Assembly: GCF_035594765.1 (NCBI RefSeq)
Contig: NC_085842.1
Location: forward strand, 121,533,036 to 121,597,035
Reading direction: 5' to 3'
Length of the DNA: 64,000 bases
Source of the DNA: Anolis carolinensis
Lineage: Eukaryota
This document shows, piece by piece, positions 14,169-27,812 of the stretch (its first letter is position 1; every line of letters starts with the position of its first letter). Made by a program: the position numbers and the translations under genes. Below the pieces are notes generated by a model. The model had not been told where the DNA came from and made no database searches. It was given only the letters and a program-made list of their open reading frames with translations.

Positions 14169-16721
14169 CCTAGTCTACAAATCCTGCTTAGATAAGTTGT
14201 CAACTATTTTAGCAGATTCAGATGTGAGTGATTATAGAGCTGGATCTTTCACCTTGAATTCAAATTTCTGCTATCAGAGGATGACCTGGTTCAGTATGTG
14301 TTTTGAATGTGTGACTCTTGAACTCTGCACAGTGAAACAAGATTATCTTTCACCAACCATTTTCTGTTTCCTTATTTTATCATTTTTAGAAACCCTCTTA
14401 TTTGAGTATATTTTTTTTTAAAAATCAAGTCTCAAGAGACTCGAAGGGCATGTAGAGCAATGTTCTTGTTTTCAAAAATAAATGTTGGTCCTCAGGGAAG
14501 GCTTTCAGGCTGGGAGCAGAGCAGGAAGTTAAAGAGAAACTCTGACTGCAAGATATTTCTTACAACCAGAAAACAAGATTTGGAAACCTCTGTTTCTCCG
14601 AAGTATTACCTTGCTGTCCTGCTGCTGCTGTAGAATGGCTTCTTCATAGAATGCATTGATGAATGAATGTTTAGGAAAATCTGGCATTTCTTCATTATGC
14701 TCACTTTGCTGGGTGACAGATAAGAAAAGCACTGACAATTTGCAAACTGTTCATCTGTCTTGGCCTTGAGAGGATTTCATTATTAATCCATGGGTTTAGG
14801 AAAACCATCTGGTTAGGAAACCTATACCTAGGCTATGTATGTGCCTTTCAGTTGCCAGTTGATGACCCCATGAATTTTATAGGATTTTCTTAGGGAGTGA
14901 GTACTCAGAAGTTGTTTTGCTAAAGCCAAGACAGCCAGCAGCCCGAGGTCACAACTCCAAACATGGATGTTGCTGCCAGCAACAAGCTGCCACACTACAG
15001 CTCCACATATGCTAAGTTCTCAGGTATTACCTACTGCTAGCTCATTTCTCTACTAATGTAGAGGAACTACAAAGTTGAGCTCTTCCTCTTTGGAGGTCCA
15101 CAAAAGCTGGAACACTTAACCCTTTATCTGCCTGCTCACAGGGGGTTGTTTGCCCTTGCTCTGCAGTCTGGGAACCTCCATAAGCACCTCTTCTAAGCTT
15201 GGCTGAGGGAGCTTCTGGGCTTCAGCTCTAAAGCTGGCCCTTCAACCAGCATCTCCCCAACCTCGCTGTCTGAGGGCACATCCAGACAGCTCGCAAAATG
15301 CGAACCCCTTCAGACTTTTACCTGAGGTGTCCAAACAATGCCTCAGGTAAAAACAAATTAATTTGGGACAAAGCAGGAAAACCCTGCTTTGTCCGAAATT
15401 AATTAGGCACTGAATTAGACCTGGGTTTTCATGAAAGACCTGGGTCTAATCCAGGATAGCCCCTGTCTAGAGTGTCTCCTCAGAAGTTCTGGGACTTCTG
15501 AATGGGCAGTCCACACAGCCCTCTTGCGTTTTCTGGGCTCCATCAGCTAGGAAAACCCAGAGGGCTGTAGCCCCTCCCCCAAACCTCTTAAAAACCCCTT
15601 AAAAAGTGAAAATTACTTTTGGACTCCAATTCCCAGAAATCCCAGCCAGTTTACCAGTTTTAGGGAGTTGAAGTCCAAAACACCCAAATGTTGAGAACCA
15701 CTGCTGTAAGCTATATTTCAGAGGAAAGAACTGGCAAATATGCTTACCCTTTGTGTAAGCAAACCCTATGAAATTTATGGGGTCACCACAAGTCAGCAGG
15801 TGACATGAAGGCACATATACATGCTCTCAGTGCATTGTTCCAGTTCTCTTCGCCTTAAGTCCATAGCAGCCTTGCAACCTGGCAAATATGCTTACTCTCT
15901 GGAATGTAGGTCAGGCAGTCACCTGTTCTAGGGCCATGACTCATGTGGAATGTAAGTGACACAAGGCTGGGCTGGTGATTATAAGTAACCCAGGAGTGTG
16001 TTTGTTCTACATCACCTTTGTAATCTTTAGCACCTTGTACACCTACAGTGAATGTCTATTGCTCAACAATTAGATTGGTAGCAAACGGGACGGGAAAGAA
16101 TTCTTTATGTCCATCATCTCCACAGGCTGGAAGAAAGCCAGCTTTTTCCACCTTTGGTATTGGGCCACATTTGCAATAACATTGGGGTGGAGTGAGGGTA
16201 GAGAAGAAACTGATTTGATGTTTAGTGTGGTTCAAAGTATTGACTCAAGTTTTCCTATATAAACTTTTTATTAAGGAACATTTGAGATGGTGGGAGGGAC
16301 TTAGAAAATGAGCACATTAGAGTTTTCTTAGGACCTTCCTCAATGCACAATTATAACACTATGATTCCACTTTAACAGACATGGCAACATCCTATGGACT
16401 CCTGGGACTTGTTGTTTAGGGACAGAAATTTTGAATTCTGTGCCAGAGAGCTCTGGTGCCACTGGCAAAGCTACAACTCACAAGATTCTATAGAATGGAG
16501 CCACAGAAGTTAATGTGAAAACCATAGTGCTATATTTGTGTTGTATTGTGTGAAAGGATATCCCATTCACACACAAACACTCATATATCTGGAACATTTA
16601 TCATTCTTACTGCATGTTTTCCATTTACCAATTGATATTGTTAGTAAAATTCAGAAAGAAATGGTTGGAATGAATTGTCATTCATATTTGATGTGAAATT
16701 AATCAATTTATCATCTCTTCT

Positions 16722-16722
<1 letters not shown>

Positions 16723-16759
<37 letters not shown>

Positions 16760-16765
16760 CAACAA
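16723..16765. repeat. (TAA)n/(CAA)n microsatellite, tail of an L2-type 3' fragment
   Basis: Direct observation, followed by gtatcccacctccatctc...gggactcggggcggct. Confidence 0.85.
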
Positions 16766-18204
16766 CTTTTTTTGTATCCCACCTCCATCTCTTCGAAGGG
16801 ACTCGGGGCGGCTAACATGTTTACCTCCCATGATGTCTTTTTTCTCATAGTAGATTTGCCCTGTTATATGTTCAATTACAAGTGTAAATCTCTTAAAACA
16901 ATGACATTCAGTTTTGAATTGCATGAAGCCTTGGCTTTGGAAAGAACAGGATAGTGCACATAAGGTATTATAATAAAAAAGTCTCAAAATGTTGTAACTT
17001 ATTAATATAGTTGGGACTGACCCAAGGCTTTATGCTCCCTGCCTGTGTGATTTGGCTGTCAGTTAAACCTTTCAAAATAGTAACAGAACTACATTTTCTA
17101 CTTCAGAAAAATATAGTTAAGAATTCTTCCATTACAGTTGATCACATTATTTGCATGGGACGACGCCCTAGAAGAACTACATTTGTACCAAGGAGTGAGG
17201 ATGAAACTAAGCACATGAGATCTCTTCCAACTCTATGAGTCTATGATTCTATGACCCTGAGTTAAGGCATGGGTTGAGGAAGAGCAGTTAGGATTTGGCC
17301 AGGTAAAAGCAGATCTTTGCATTTGGAATTAAGATGAGGTCAGTGACTCTCTGGACTCCTGTAGGTGTGACATACACTGGCATAACTGGGATTACATCAG
17401 TGTGTGCACTTTTTGGATCTTTGCGGACATAAGTGTCCCATACCTCCTTGTTCAATGCTACCTTGGCAGTGCTTGGGCTCACTCTTGTGGCCTATTAGCA
17501 GATGGGAAAGGAGCAGTCAGGTGGCATCCACCTGCAATTGTGCAGGCAGGAGAAAGGAACAGCTATGCCCTTTTTCAGTCTCCAGTAAATGCTTGAATAT
17601 AACCTGTGAAAATCTAGGAGCATGATGGTGATTTTTTTTCCTCCTGGCTGCACAGTACTACTGAACACTTTTGAGTGCTACCCTAATCCCCTGCCATCCC
17701 AATTTCTTGGCTGATTTTAAAATGTTCTGGTTTTTTTCCTGTTCTTCCCACTTTCCTCTCAGTTTACTTCAGTTGTTGTAAACTGAGTTCCAAGTATAGT
17801 AGTGTTTATCTCATTAGGAGAAGACATTGGGTGGAATGGGGGGAATCTTGCAATTCTTAAATTCAGTAGATAATTTTCAGTGTTTTGCTTAAAATAGTAG
17901 TTTTTGTATTCTCCCTCATTAGTAATGTTTGCCTCCTTGTTCCCTAGCCATATCCTTTTGTCCAAACTCTGATGTGACTGAGCTACATGTGTCCTAAGGT
18001 TCATTTGTGAAATATTGGAGGCTTTCAGTATCCTCACCCTTGGGTATATTTCTTCTTCTATCCCCATAGCCTTGGTTCCTTTTCTGGACTCTGTTCTATA
18101 TAAGCACCGTTAAGTTTTACAATGCTAAGAAACTGGAAAATTTGCAGGGAAAATTAATATAATCTCAACCAAATTACGGACCAGATAGTGGATCCCTATC
18201 CCTT

Positions 18205-18315
18205 CAGGCCCGTGGCCAGGATTTTGATTCGGGGGGGGGGGGGGCTGAGTCTGCACGAGAGAGGATCTACCTTAAAGCCCCTCAAGCCCCCCCCCCCCCC
18301 CCGGCTACATGCCTG
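18205..18315. mobile_element. hAT-type MITE (111 bp)
   Basis: TIR CAGGCCCGTGGCC / GGCTACATGCCTG. 8-bp TSD tatccctt / tatcccat. Internal polyG and polyC arms. Confidence 0.75.
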
Positions 18316-19439
18316 TATCCCATAGTTTATTCTTGAACCTTGGCCTGTATTGCCAAGGCTCAGTTAGAGGGAGAAATGTTTAAGTGTGTGTGTTTCAGAT
18401 TTTTTTGCTGGGTCATAAGCATTATGGGCAACAATACTGCTGGAATGATCCTTGGTTTGGCTCTGTTTCTGTTGTCTGCTGGTTCACTGCATTTGCTCTG
18501 AAGTTAATGGGGACTTTTCCCAGTAGGAAGTATCTTTCTGGAATGCTAGGATACTTTTCGGTTGGATTGTGTATGTGTATTCACACACACAGGAACGTTC
18601 ATGCCCTGGACACCAGCAGAACAGACCTCCTTCAGCCAATGCAACTGATTCCCATTAAAGTAGATGATGGGTGATTGGAAATGTTACATAGGGTGCTTCA
18701 TTTTATACTGTGGGAAGAAATATTGTGTGCTTGAAAGGCTGGTTTCTTCTATACCTTGTTCTCTGACTCTTGAGGTGCTGATAAGGCAGATAAAAATGGA
18801 TGCATATACACTGTAGAATGAATGTAGTTTGATACTACTTTAACTGCCATGGCTCAATGATATGGAATCCTGGAAGTTGTAGTTTTAATGAGGCATCAGC
18901 ACTATTTGGCAGAAAAGGCAAAACTACAAGTCTCAGGATTTCATAGCATTGAGTCATGTCAGTTCAGGTGGTGTCAAACTGCATTAATTCTGTCGTTGCT
19001 CTCTTAGCTATACAAGCCTAATTAAATGTTCAGTGTAGAATATGGGCCATTATCTATTGTGCCCATTTGTTTAAAAATAAAGTTGTCTTACCTTTGTTTT
19101 AAAATAATAGAGACATGGAACTAGAGATAACGTAAAGAGTGAAAAAGCATTTTCATCAAGGAGGTCTGTTGAATTCTTTCTGTTTCCATTTGTTGCAATG
19201 TCCTGTCCCCCCGTCCCCCCTCCACCCAAGTTCCATTTACAGAACTGAGTCCTGTCTTGGAGAAGCTACAATGTAGATGGGGAAAAGATAAGAAATACAT
19301 ATTTGTTTGCTATTATTGTTGTTGTTGTGTGCCTTCAAGTTGTTTCTGACTTATGGTGACCCTATCCTGAGGTTTTCTTGTATGGCTGTAAGTTCTTCTA
19401 ACTCTCTCAGCAAACTGCTTAAAGGGAAATCTTTACATC

Positions 19440-19569
19440 ATCCTCAACCTGTGGGTCCCCAGATGTTTTGGCCTTCAGCTCCCAGAAATCCTAACAGCTG
19501 GTAAACTGGCTGGGATTTCTGGGAGTTGTAGGCCAATACACCTGGAGACCCACAGATTGAGGACCACTG
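19440..19569. mobile_element. hAT-type MITE
   Basis: ctcaacctgtgggtcccc ... cccacagattgaggaccactg. Same family as 52809-52929 and 53704-53818. Confidence 0.7.
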
Positions 19570-20329
19570 AACTAAATGATTAAAATTAATGAATTATTCT
19601 TTTCAGAAATTGACAAGGCATGTATATTTGGGAACAGTTTAACTATATCAGACTAAATTCATTATCCAGAACTAGAGAAACATAAAGAATACACAAATGA
19701 GGTCTCTGGACATTTAAAAAAACTTGAAACAAATACATAGTTTATAATTCATGAATTTGTGGACAAACCAATAATGGCAAGGCAGAGACTGAGCATTAGT
19801 CACATTGTTGACAGTAACTAGTATTGCTTTGAGTGACTGTGTTTTAGTTTAAGCAGGCCATCTCTGTGAAAAGCTGATCTTTATTCAGAAAAAAACAAAG
19901 ATGGTCCTTAAGTAAAGATTTCACAGGTCAAAATGCAGAATTGTGTAGCGACTTGAAGTAAAACAAACATACTGGTTATAAAAATCATAAACCCCGATGC
20001 CTTGCACTGCACTCAGCATGGATTGATTTCTAACACTTGATTACAACTCTATGTGGTCTCTATTTGAAAAGCTGGCCCAGGCTGTGTTTTCTATGAGACA
20101 GCAGGCTTCACAACCTTTAATCGCTTTTTCCTGTAACTACCATGTACTGCAGAAGGTGTGAACTGATATAATGTCACAGGTGGAAATGCTTTCAATGCTG
20201 GTTATCAAAGACTGCTCCAAAGCTAATTGTGGAGTATTTGTGTCTGATAATTCAGATAGGATACACTGAAACCACACACTTTTGTCCTGTGTTGTCCCGC
20301 ATATTATTACCAGCTAAGAACCATAGATA

Positions 20330-20656
20330 AAGTAAAGGTTTTCCCCTGACATTAAGTCTAGTCATGTCTGACTCTGGGGGGTGGTGCTCATCTCCATTTC
20401 TAAGCTGAAGAGCTAGCATTGTCCATAGATGTCTCCAGGGCCATGTGGCCGGCCTGACTGCATGGAACACTGTTACCTTCCCACCAGAGCAGTACCTATT
20501 GATCTACTCATATTTGTATGTTTTCGAACTCCTAGTTTGGCAGAATCTGGGGCTAATAGCAGGAGCTCACCCCACTTCCCATGATTTGAACCACCAACGT
20601 TTCAGTCAGCAAGTTCAGCAGCTCAGCGGTTTAATCTGCTGCGCCACAGGGGGCTC
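20330..20656 (-). mobile_element. Sauria SINE, near full length
   Basis: taaaggttttcccctgacattaagtctagtc tail through the tRNA head gcgccacagggggctc. Confidence 0.85.
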
Positions 20657-21400
20657 ATGGCAGTACAGAATTCAAAATGACTATGAAATCTACTTAGTGG
20701 GTTGAATCCACATTTAAATGTGTTTGGCACAGCTTATTTTCTTCCCTTTTTGTTTTCTAAAAATGTTATAAGATTGGCCAGGGAGCCTTCTTTAACTCTT
20801 GGAAAGTGCTTCTGTTTGATATTTAGAGAAGTCCTACCCACACAATCCCGTTTGACTGGTCCCCCAACTCACATTGTAGCATTTTCAGGAGTCTGCCATT
20901 GTGGCAAGCTAAGCTAAACAAAAAGAGCAATCACAAACACAAAAAATGAAAACAACTTTTCTTTTTATTACTTAAAATTCTTCTACATTTGTAAATACAG
21001 TTCTTTTTGTCACAAGTCATCTGGAATATATTAGTTGCTCTATTTAATGACCCTTCACAATCATGTTGACATCCAGTGCAGTCTTTTTCCTACAATAAAA
21101 CACAGGGCTTATCTTAAGGATTCTCCTCATAACATTTCCAGCCATAAAACACACTCGTTGCATTGTTTAGTAAGATCATTGTTTTTCTGCATTTGATTAG
21201 AACGTTGAACTAAATGGCAAGTTGCAGTAAAACTTTTTGTTTTCTATATGCGACGTGCTATGCCTTTATTGGTAGGGAAATAGCTGCAGATTGAGATTTT
21301 CCCAACCTTTCAAAGGTTTTGAGTTCTGCTTACTATGACCACATATTGCAAGATCAATTCATGTGTAGCTTGCTAGAAAGCTTTGGGAAAATGTAGAGCT

Positions 21401-22340
21401 TGTCACGACCCGGCTGCAGGGCACCAATAACCATACACAGAGGCCAGAATCTATCTAATATCTTTATTGAAGGAGTATATAAAGTTAATAAAAACAAGTG
21501 TAGAAAATAGTCCAGAATTAGACCTTTCAGGAAAGGTCAAAATTAGTCCAAAGAAACAATGTCCAATATGAAATATTAAGGTCCAAAGTTGTAATCCAAT
21601 AACCGAAACACTCACTTTGCCAGGCAAAGTGAGGGGAGATGACAAGGTCCTTTAGTCCAAGAACTTGAACGAGGCTAGGAAATAACTTGACTCTCGGAAA
21701 AACAAGGCTTGAATACAAGACAGCAAGGAACAAGGAACAAGAACAAGATCCGTGGTGTTTACTTGGCAAAATCCGGGAAACAAGGCAAGGCTGGGTCTTG
21801 GAAAGCAAGGCAAAATCCGTGGAAGAACAAGGCTGGAAAACGAAGGCTTGAATCAGGAACAAAGGCTTGGAAGCGGAGTAGCTGTCCACACACACTACTC
21901 CAGTTGCTGACGAATTGACTCCGCAAGATCCCTCCGGGAGCAAGGAACCTAAATAGGCCTTGTTTTCCCCACCAGAGAACACTTCTCTGGGGAACCAGAA
22001 CCGAAAGTCAATCTCTGTGTCCAGATGTATGACTCCCTAAAATTTCTCATGGGAACAGGCTTAATCATCTGAATGCTTTGCTGCTATTCTCAAACTCCTG
22101 CGATTAGCCTGTTGCACTCCTTTCTGCTGGAGAATGTAATTACGGCGCGAAAAAGGGGGAGAACTCGACTCCGGGCTTGTTTGGGAGATTTCTGGAAGAC
22201 AAACCTCCTGCAGGTGCAAAGGCTCAATTTCTGGCTGAAATGGTTCCCTTTCTGGCTGAAATGGAGGAAAACCCAAGTTCTCCTCTTCGTCAGTCACAAC
22301 AGCACTAGGAATGGGACTACAATGCCCATGAGTCATCACA
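21401..22340 (-). mobile_element. Solo LTR (940 bp), Gypsy-like, 5-bp TSD
   Basis: tgtcacg...catcaca termini. TSD gagct at 21396-21400 and 22341-22345. AATAAA on the minus strand near 21465. Short acidic ORF at the LTR 5' end. Confidence 0.88.
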
Positions 22341-23529
22341 GAGCTGCACTTACAAAAATGGTTCACTAGCACTCAACTCTGATGCCAATTTTTACCTGAG
22401 GAAGAAAGGGAGTTGGGACATTTGACCCTGAAAACTGTTTGCAGGCTGGAGCTCCACAAAAGCCTGTCTCCCTCACATACACATACACACCAGTGGTGTC
22501 CCATATGTGCAAATGAGTTAATATTTTGTCACACATGGAGGAGTGAAACTTGACAGCACTGACTTAGTTTGGATAAATTTAAAAGTAAAGGATCTCTTTG
22601 TCCTTCAGGGAGGTTTTGGATTAAACAATGAGCCCAGGAAATTTGTTTTTATTTCCTTCTTGTTCGTTTTACTTGGGTCTCCTTTTGCATAGTTTGTGCG
22701 CAGGTATCCGTCATCTTCCTTTTCATATTCACTGATCCACAAACCCCTCCCTTCTTTGGTGGTCCACTTACCTTTTGATGGCTGACAGCCAGCTTGATGG
22801 TCCCTTTCCACTTCACCATAACCCACCCCACATTACTTGGTGTCCTGTTGGTTTGCTATCACCATAATTCTGTCCTGGAACACTCTCACAATGCACTTTT
22901 GATTGAAAACACTTTGAAACATTTCAGCTGAAACCACATGAGCACATAACCAGGGGTATACTTGGTTCAGGTTTCTTCTGCAGTAGTGGGTGTTTCATAT
23001 ATAATAATTTTAACAGCATAACATGTTTAATTGTTTTTAAAAATTGAATAGTTTCTTTTAATATGATTGTATTGTTTCAAATGGCATGGTTTCATAGTAA
23101 TTTGTAGCTGCTTTCATTGGTAACTCCCCAGCAGGATTCAAGAGTGGTAGCTTCTCTGCTATGTACAACTCTGATCTGGAATGAGATGGGAAAACAGCGA
23201 TTAAATACACATTTGCAAATACTTTTACACATATTAATAGTATTAAAAGAGATAGCTATGTTCAGACCAATGTAATCATAAAGGAATCTAGTAACACCTT
23301 TGAGACAAACAGAAAAAAGATGTTTCTGATAGCATCATCACCATCATCATAGGTCTTCCAGAAGTAGAGTCTTTGCGGTAGGTCTGTAAGTGACTGTAGA
23401 GACCTGTTCTGAATCCACATGGTCTATCGTAGTAAGGATATAGCTTTCAGATGGAAGGCGGTCACAACAAGGGTTTACTTGACACACCTTCCACTTGGCA
23501 TGTTTCTCCCTTTTGCTCCATCGTTGTGT

Positions 23530-24870
23530 CTCACTGGGTTGTTGTGCATTTTCTGGGCTGTATGGCCATGTTCCAGAAGCATTCTCTCCTGGCGTTTCGT
23601 CCACATTTATGGCAGGCATCCTCAGAGGTTGTTAGGTATATTGGAAAACTAAGCAAGGGAGGTTTATATATCTGTGGAAGGTCTAGGGTGGGAGAAAGGA
23701 CTACCCTGTTTCCCCGAAAATAAGACATCCCCAGAAAATAAGACCTAATAGAGGCTTTACTGAATTGCTAAATATAAGGCCTCCCCCAAAAGTAAGACCT
23801 GGCAAAGTTTTTATTTGGAGGCATACCTGCCGAACAGAACACCAGAGCATGCAGGATCAGTAAATGTATGTACCATAGATTGTTGTACATTGAAATAATG
23901 GTAGTAACAATAAATTCTTGATAGGATTCACAGTTTGTCTGGCTATGCTGGTTTGTGATGACAACTACTGTACAATATATAATAAATGATCTTTTTTTTG
24001 GTTTAACAATAAATGTGAATTCTTCTTCATGGAAAAATAAGACCTCCCTTGAAAATAAGACCTAGTGCATCTTTGGGAGCAAAAATTAATATAAGACACT
24101 GTCTTATTTTCAGGGAAACACGGTATTGTCTGTGTGAATGTTGTAATTTATCACCTTGATTAGTATTAATGGCCTTGCACACTTTATTCCTGCCTGAGGG
24201 AATCCTTTGTTTGGAGGTGTTAGCTGCCCCTGATTGATTCATGTATGGAGTTCCTCTGTTTTCAGAGTGTTGTTCTTCATTTACTGTTTTGATTTTAGAG
24301 ATTTTTTAATACTGGTAGCCAGATTTTGTTCATTTTCATGGTTTCCTCCTTTCTGTTGAAATTTTCCACATGTTTGTGGATTTCAATGGCTTCTCTATGT
24401 AGTCTGACATGGTACTTGTTAGAGTGGTCCAGCATTTCAAAGTTCTCTAATACTATGCTGTGTCCAGGATGGTTCATCAAGTGCTCTGCTATGGCTGACT
24501 TCTCTAGTTGAGTTAGTTTGCAGTGCCTTTCATATTCCTTGATTCGTGCTTGGGCAAGGCTACGTTTGTTGGTGTCTATGTAGACTTGTCCACTGAAGAC
24601 TCCTGCAGAAGTGAAAGGATCCCTCTTGTCCTTCGCTGAACGTAGCATTTGTTGGATTTTCTTAATGGGTCTCTAGATAGTTTGTAGGCTGTGTTTCTTC
24701 ATCAGCGTATCTATGCATTTGGTGGTTCCCTTGATGTATGATAAGAACACTTTTCCTCTGGGTGGAACTTTGTCTTTACTCTCATGGCTTGTTTTTGCCC
24801 TTGCAGCTCTTCTGATGTCTGTGGTGGAGTATCCGTTGGCCTGTAGAACCCAGTTTAGGTGATTTAGTTC
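23530..24870 (-). mobile_element. Penelope-like retroelement, 5'-truncated, with degraded GIY-YIG endonuclease and pLTR
   Basis: ORF 24295-24648 encodes QVYIDTNKRSLAQARIKEYERHC...SAIAEH...RLHREAIEIHKH...FNRKEE, the Penelope GIY-YIG signature. The pLTR has a hammerhead-like core near 23589-23629. Confidence 0.88.
23704..24123. mobile_element. Tc1/mariner-pogo MITE inserted in the Penelope element
   Basis: ta-ccctgtttccccgaaaataagac ... gtcttattttcagggaaacacgg-ta. Confidence 0.85.
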
Positions 24871-26424
24871 AGGAGTGGTAGTTGTTACTGTTGGTAACAG
24901 CTGGTCTCCAGTTACAATGCTCAAGTGTCCACCCATATCATTAGAGATACAACAGTGGCATTTTTAATAACACAAAAGCTTTTACAAGAAAGGAAAATAT
25001 TTAAAAATAAGTTCTGTTTTGTTGCTGCACTTAGTGAATGGCTGGAAATATTTTAAACACATCCTTGGCACTTTGTGGATTAAAGATTAAATAAACTCTA
25101 TCTAGAAATAAAACGCTGCAGTTCTTCTGGAGACCTTGACAAGCCCGCCATCCTGTGGCTTAAGGGTAATAGTACAACATCAAAAAAAGAGGAGGGGGGA
25201 GAGTCCCTCCTATCTTCCATCTCTCTTTGCAGAATAAGGCATGCTCATTTTCAACCTTATGTTTGAAACACATATTCTCTTTTGCTGTTGATATATTGAA
25301 CACAAAGAAAAGAACATTTTAGGTTGCGTGATTCAGGAGTCATTAACCATGAAACTAGATTAACATTTGAAAAGAAAGCTTAATGCTAAAATAATTGTTG
25401 CTCAAAAACGTAAATGCTACAGCCGTGCCTGGTAGAAAAGGTGAAAGATTGTTTTCTGATCCCAGTCTGATTTCCACTGAAACATCTCAGATTATGACAA
25501 CTGAATTTGAAGTATCAGATGCGGTTCACCTAATGTAGATGTTTGAAGACGCAGATGTGTTTCTCTTTAATGACTTATTCAGATATTGTTAGGAAGCAGT
25601 TTTATGAAGAATATATTATCTGGAAACACTCCTCTCCAGCATACAGAATAGTTTGTTGTTTCCAAGGCCAAGAGGGAACACCCAATATCTTTTTTAAAAG
25701 TCTTTGGTATAAATTACTGTTATTCTTTTCATTGTTCTTTGTGGAGCAGTTGAGATTTAACCTGAGAAGCCATATGCATATATTGCAATTCCATTATCAC
25801 AGAAAAGAAACATTAACAGAATTCCACATCCATATAGCCAGTCTATTCCATAGATAAACTTTCTGACACTAATTTCTAATACTTAAAATTGTGCAAAAAG
25901 ATACAGACAGCCCTTCAATGAATTTCAACAAATAACTCTGCAAATGAGGACTTTCAGCAAGGTTTGTGCCCAAGGTTCTTTGCCCAATCTGCAGAAATCA
26001 AATACATTATGTAGATTAAACAAGTCACAAAATCCCTGTTTGTTGGCATAGTTCCTCTCATTTTTGTTTGTTTTGTTATGTGAATTCAAGTTATTACCAA
26101 TTTATGCTAAAATCACTAGGTTTCCCCCCAAGGTTTATTCAGAGGGCTTTTTGCTTTTCCTTTCCTTTAAAACTGAGAGAATGTGACTTCTCTAAAATCA
26201 CACCACAGAGCTCCAGGACTGAATAGGGAACCCTGGTTTCCAGTCGTAAATCAACATTCGCATCATTGTACCACTCTGGCTATTTTTCTGTTTTGTGCTC
26301 GTTTTAGCACCTGCCATTCTTCTAACTGCAATAAAGTTGTGATGTCTGTTATATCACAGTGAATGCCTAATGGATCTGTGTTATATTTTGGAAATATGTA
26401 CTATTCCAGAATGGGCTGTGACTA

Positions 26425-26864
26425 GCACAGCGGGTTAACAGCCAGCTACAGAATATCTTGCCGACTGGAAGTTTGACAGTTTAAGGTGAGGTGAGCTCCC
26501 ACCGTCAGAATAGCTTCTGCATACTTTGCAGTTTGAAAACAGCAGAAAAATAGGTGCAGTTTGAAAACAGCAGAAAAATAGGTACCGCTCTAGTGGGGAG
26601 GTAAAAGGTGCCCCTGAAAAACATGCTGGCAATTCGCTCAACAGGTTCCTCAGCATGGAAGAATGGAACAAGAGCACCTCCCCATAGCTGAGTCAAGCAC
26701 TGCCTCGAGATGCCGGAAATGAAAGAGGGAAGACTGCCTCTGCTTATGTAACATCTGTCTCTGTCAATTGTATAATGGCATTGAATGTTTGCCATACATA
26801 TGTACTGTATTTGTAATCTGCTCTGAGTCCCCTTGGGGAGATAGAGCTGAATATAAATGAAGTA

Positions 26865-26901
<37 letters not shown>

Positions 26902-26912
26902 ATTATTATTAT
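26425..26912 (+). mobile_element. SINE with Sauria-like head and L2-like 3' tail ending in (GTT)n
   Basis: cagcgggttaa head, internal tandem duplication of tgcagtttgaaaacagcagaaaaatagg, and tail gtaatctgctctgagtcccc...aatataaat. Confidence 0.65.
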
Positions 26913-27239
26913 TACAGTAGGGCTTTAAAGGCTCACTAAAAGGCTAGAGTTAACTTTAGCCAGATATTTTTTTAAAAGCAAAATGTAAACGTCAGAGTCT
27001 TGATGCTTGGCATGGAGCACATGGTGATCTTATTTGGGCAAGGCTTAAAAAGAGTAAGAATAATGAGCTTCTGTTTTGGCAACACATTTTGTGTTACTAA
27101 AATAATGCCACAGATGATTTACATAACGTTAAAATAAATGATGAAAACATTGAAATAAAGATTTCCTATACTTTCCTGTCTTGATTCCCCATGGGAAGAA
27201 GGCGGGGTATAAATAAAGATAATAAATAAATAAATATAA

Positions 27240-27620
27240 TTTGGCTTAGTCATTAAACAAGATGAGGGCTGTCAAGAAATCAGAGGACTTGGAAGGAAGA
27301 GCTAGACAAGATCCTGAAGTGTAAAGATATGTCACTGAATACAAAAGCCATTATAATTCAGATTCCTATGTATAGTTGCAGGAGAGTTTTGTGGATACCC
27401 TGGGCTGCCAAAAAGACAAATAAATGGGTCCTAGAGGATATCAGTCTGGAACTCTGCCCAGAAGGCAAGATTATTAAAATGAGATTGGGATACTTTGAAT
27501 ATATCATAAGAACACATGACTGATTAGAAAAGACAACATAGAAACCAATGTGAAAAGAGGAAGACCACTTTACAGGTGGATAGATGCAGTCTAGAAAGCC
27601 ATAGCCTCAAGTTTGCAAGA
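27240..27620 (+). mobile_element. RTE-clade LINE remnant
   Basis: Translation CRRVLWIPWAAKKTNKWVLE...LGYFEYIIR resembles the RTE/BovB RT C-terminus. Confidence 0.65.
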
Positions 27621-27812
27621 GCAGGGCTGTTAACATCATGACGTGAAGGCAGAGCCATAACTAGCATATTTGATAACCAATGCAGACAGGGAAAATTATC
27701 TTTAATTGAACTTTTTAAGTACTGTTTGCTAGTGAAAAATAATAAATAAGTAAAAAAAAATGTTACCAAAAAGTAAAATGGGTTAATAGGTTTTAATTAC
27801 ATACATACATAC

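Noticed and set aside
17759-18067. 102-aa ORF with faint resemblance to an L1 endonuclease segment
   Set aside because: Similarity too weak to support without a search.
21660-21880. Recurrent aacaaggc short repeats that could suggest a CRISPR-like array
   Set aside because: Degenerate simple repeats inside an LTR of a vertebrate genome, with no regular repeat-spacer period.
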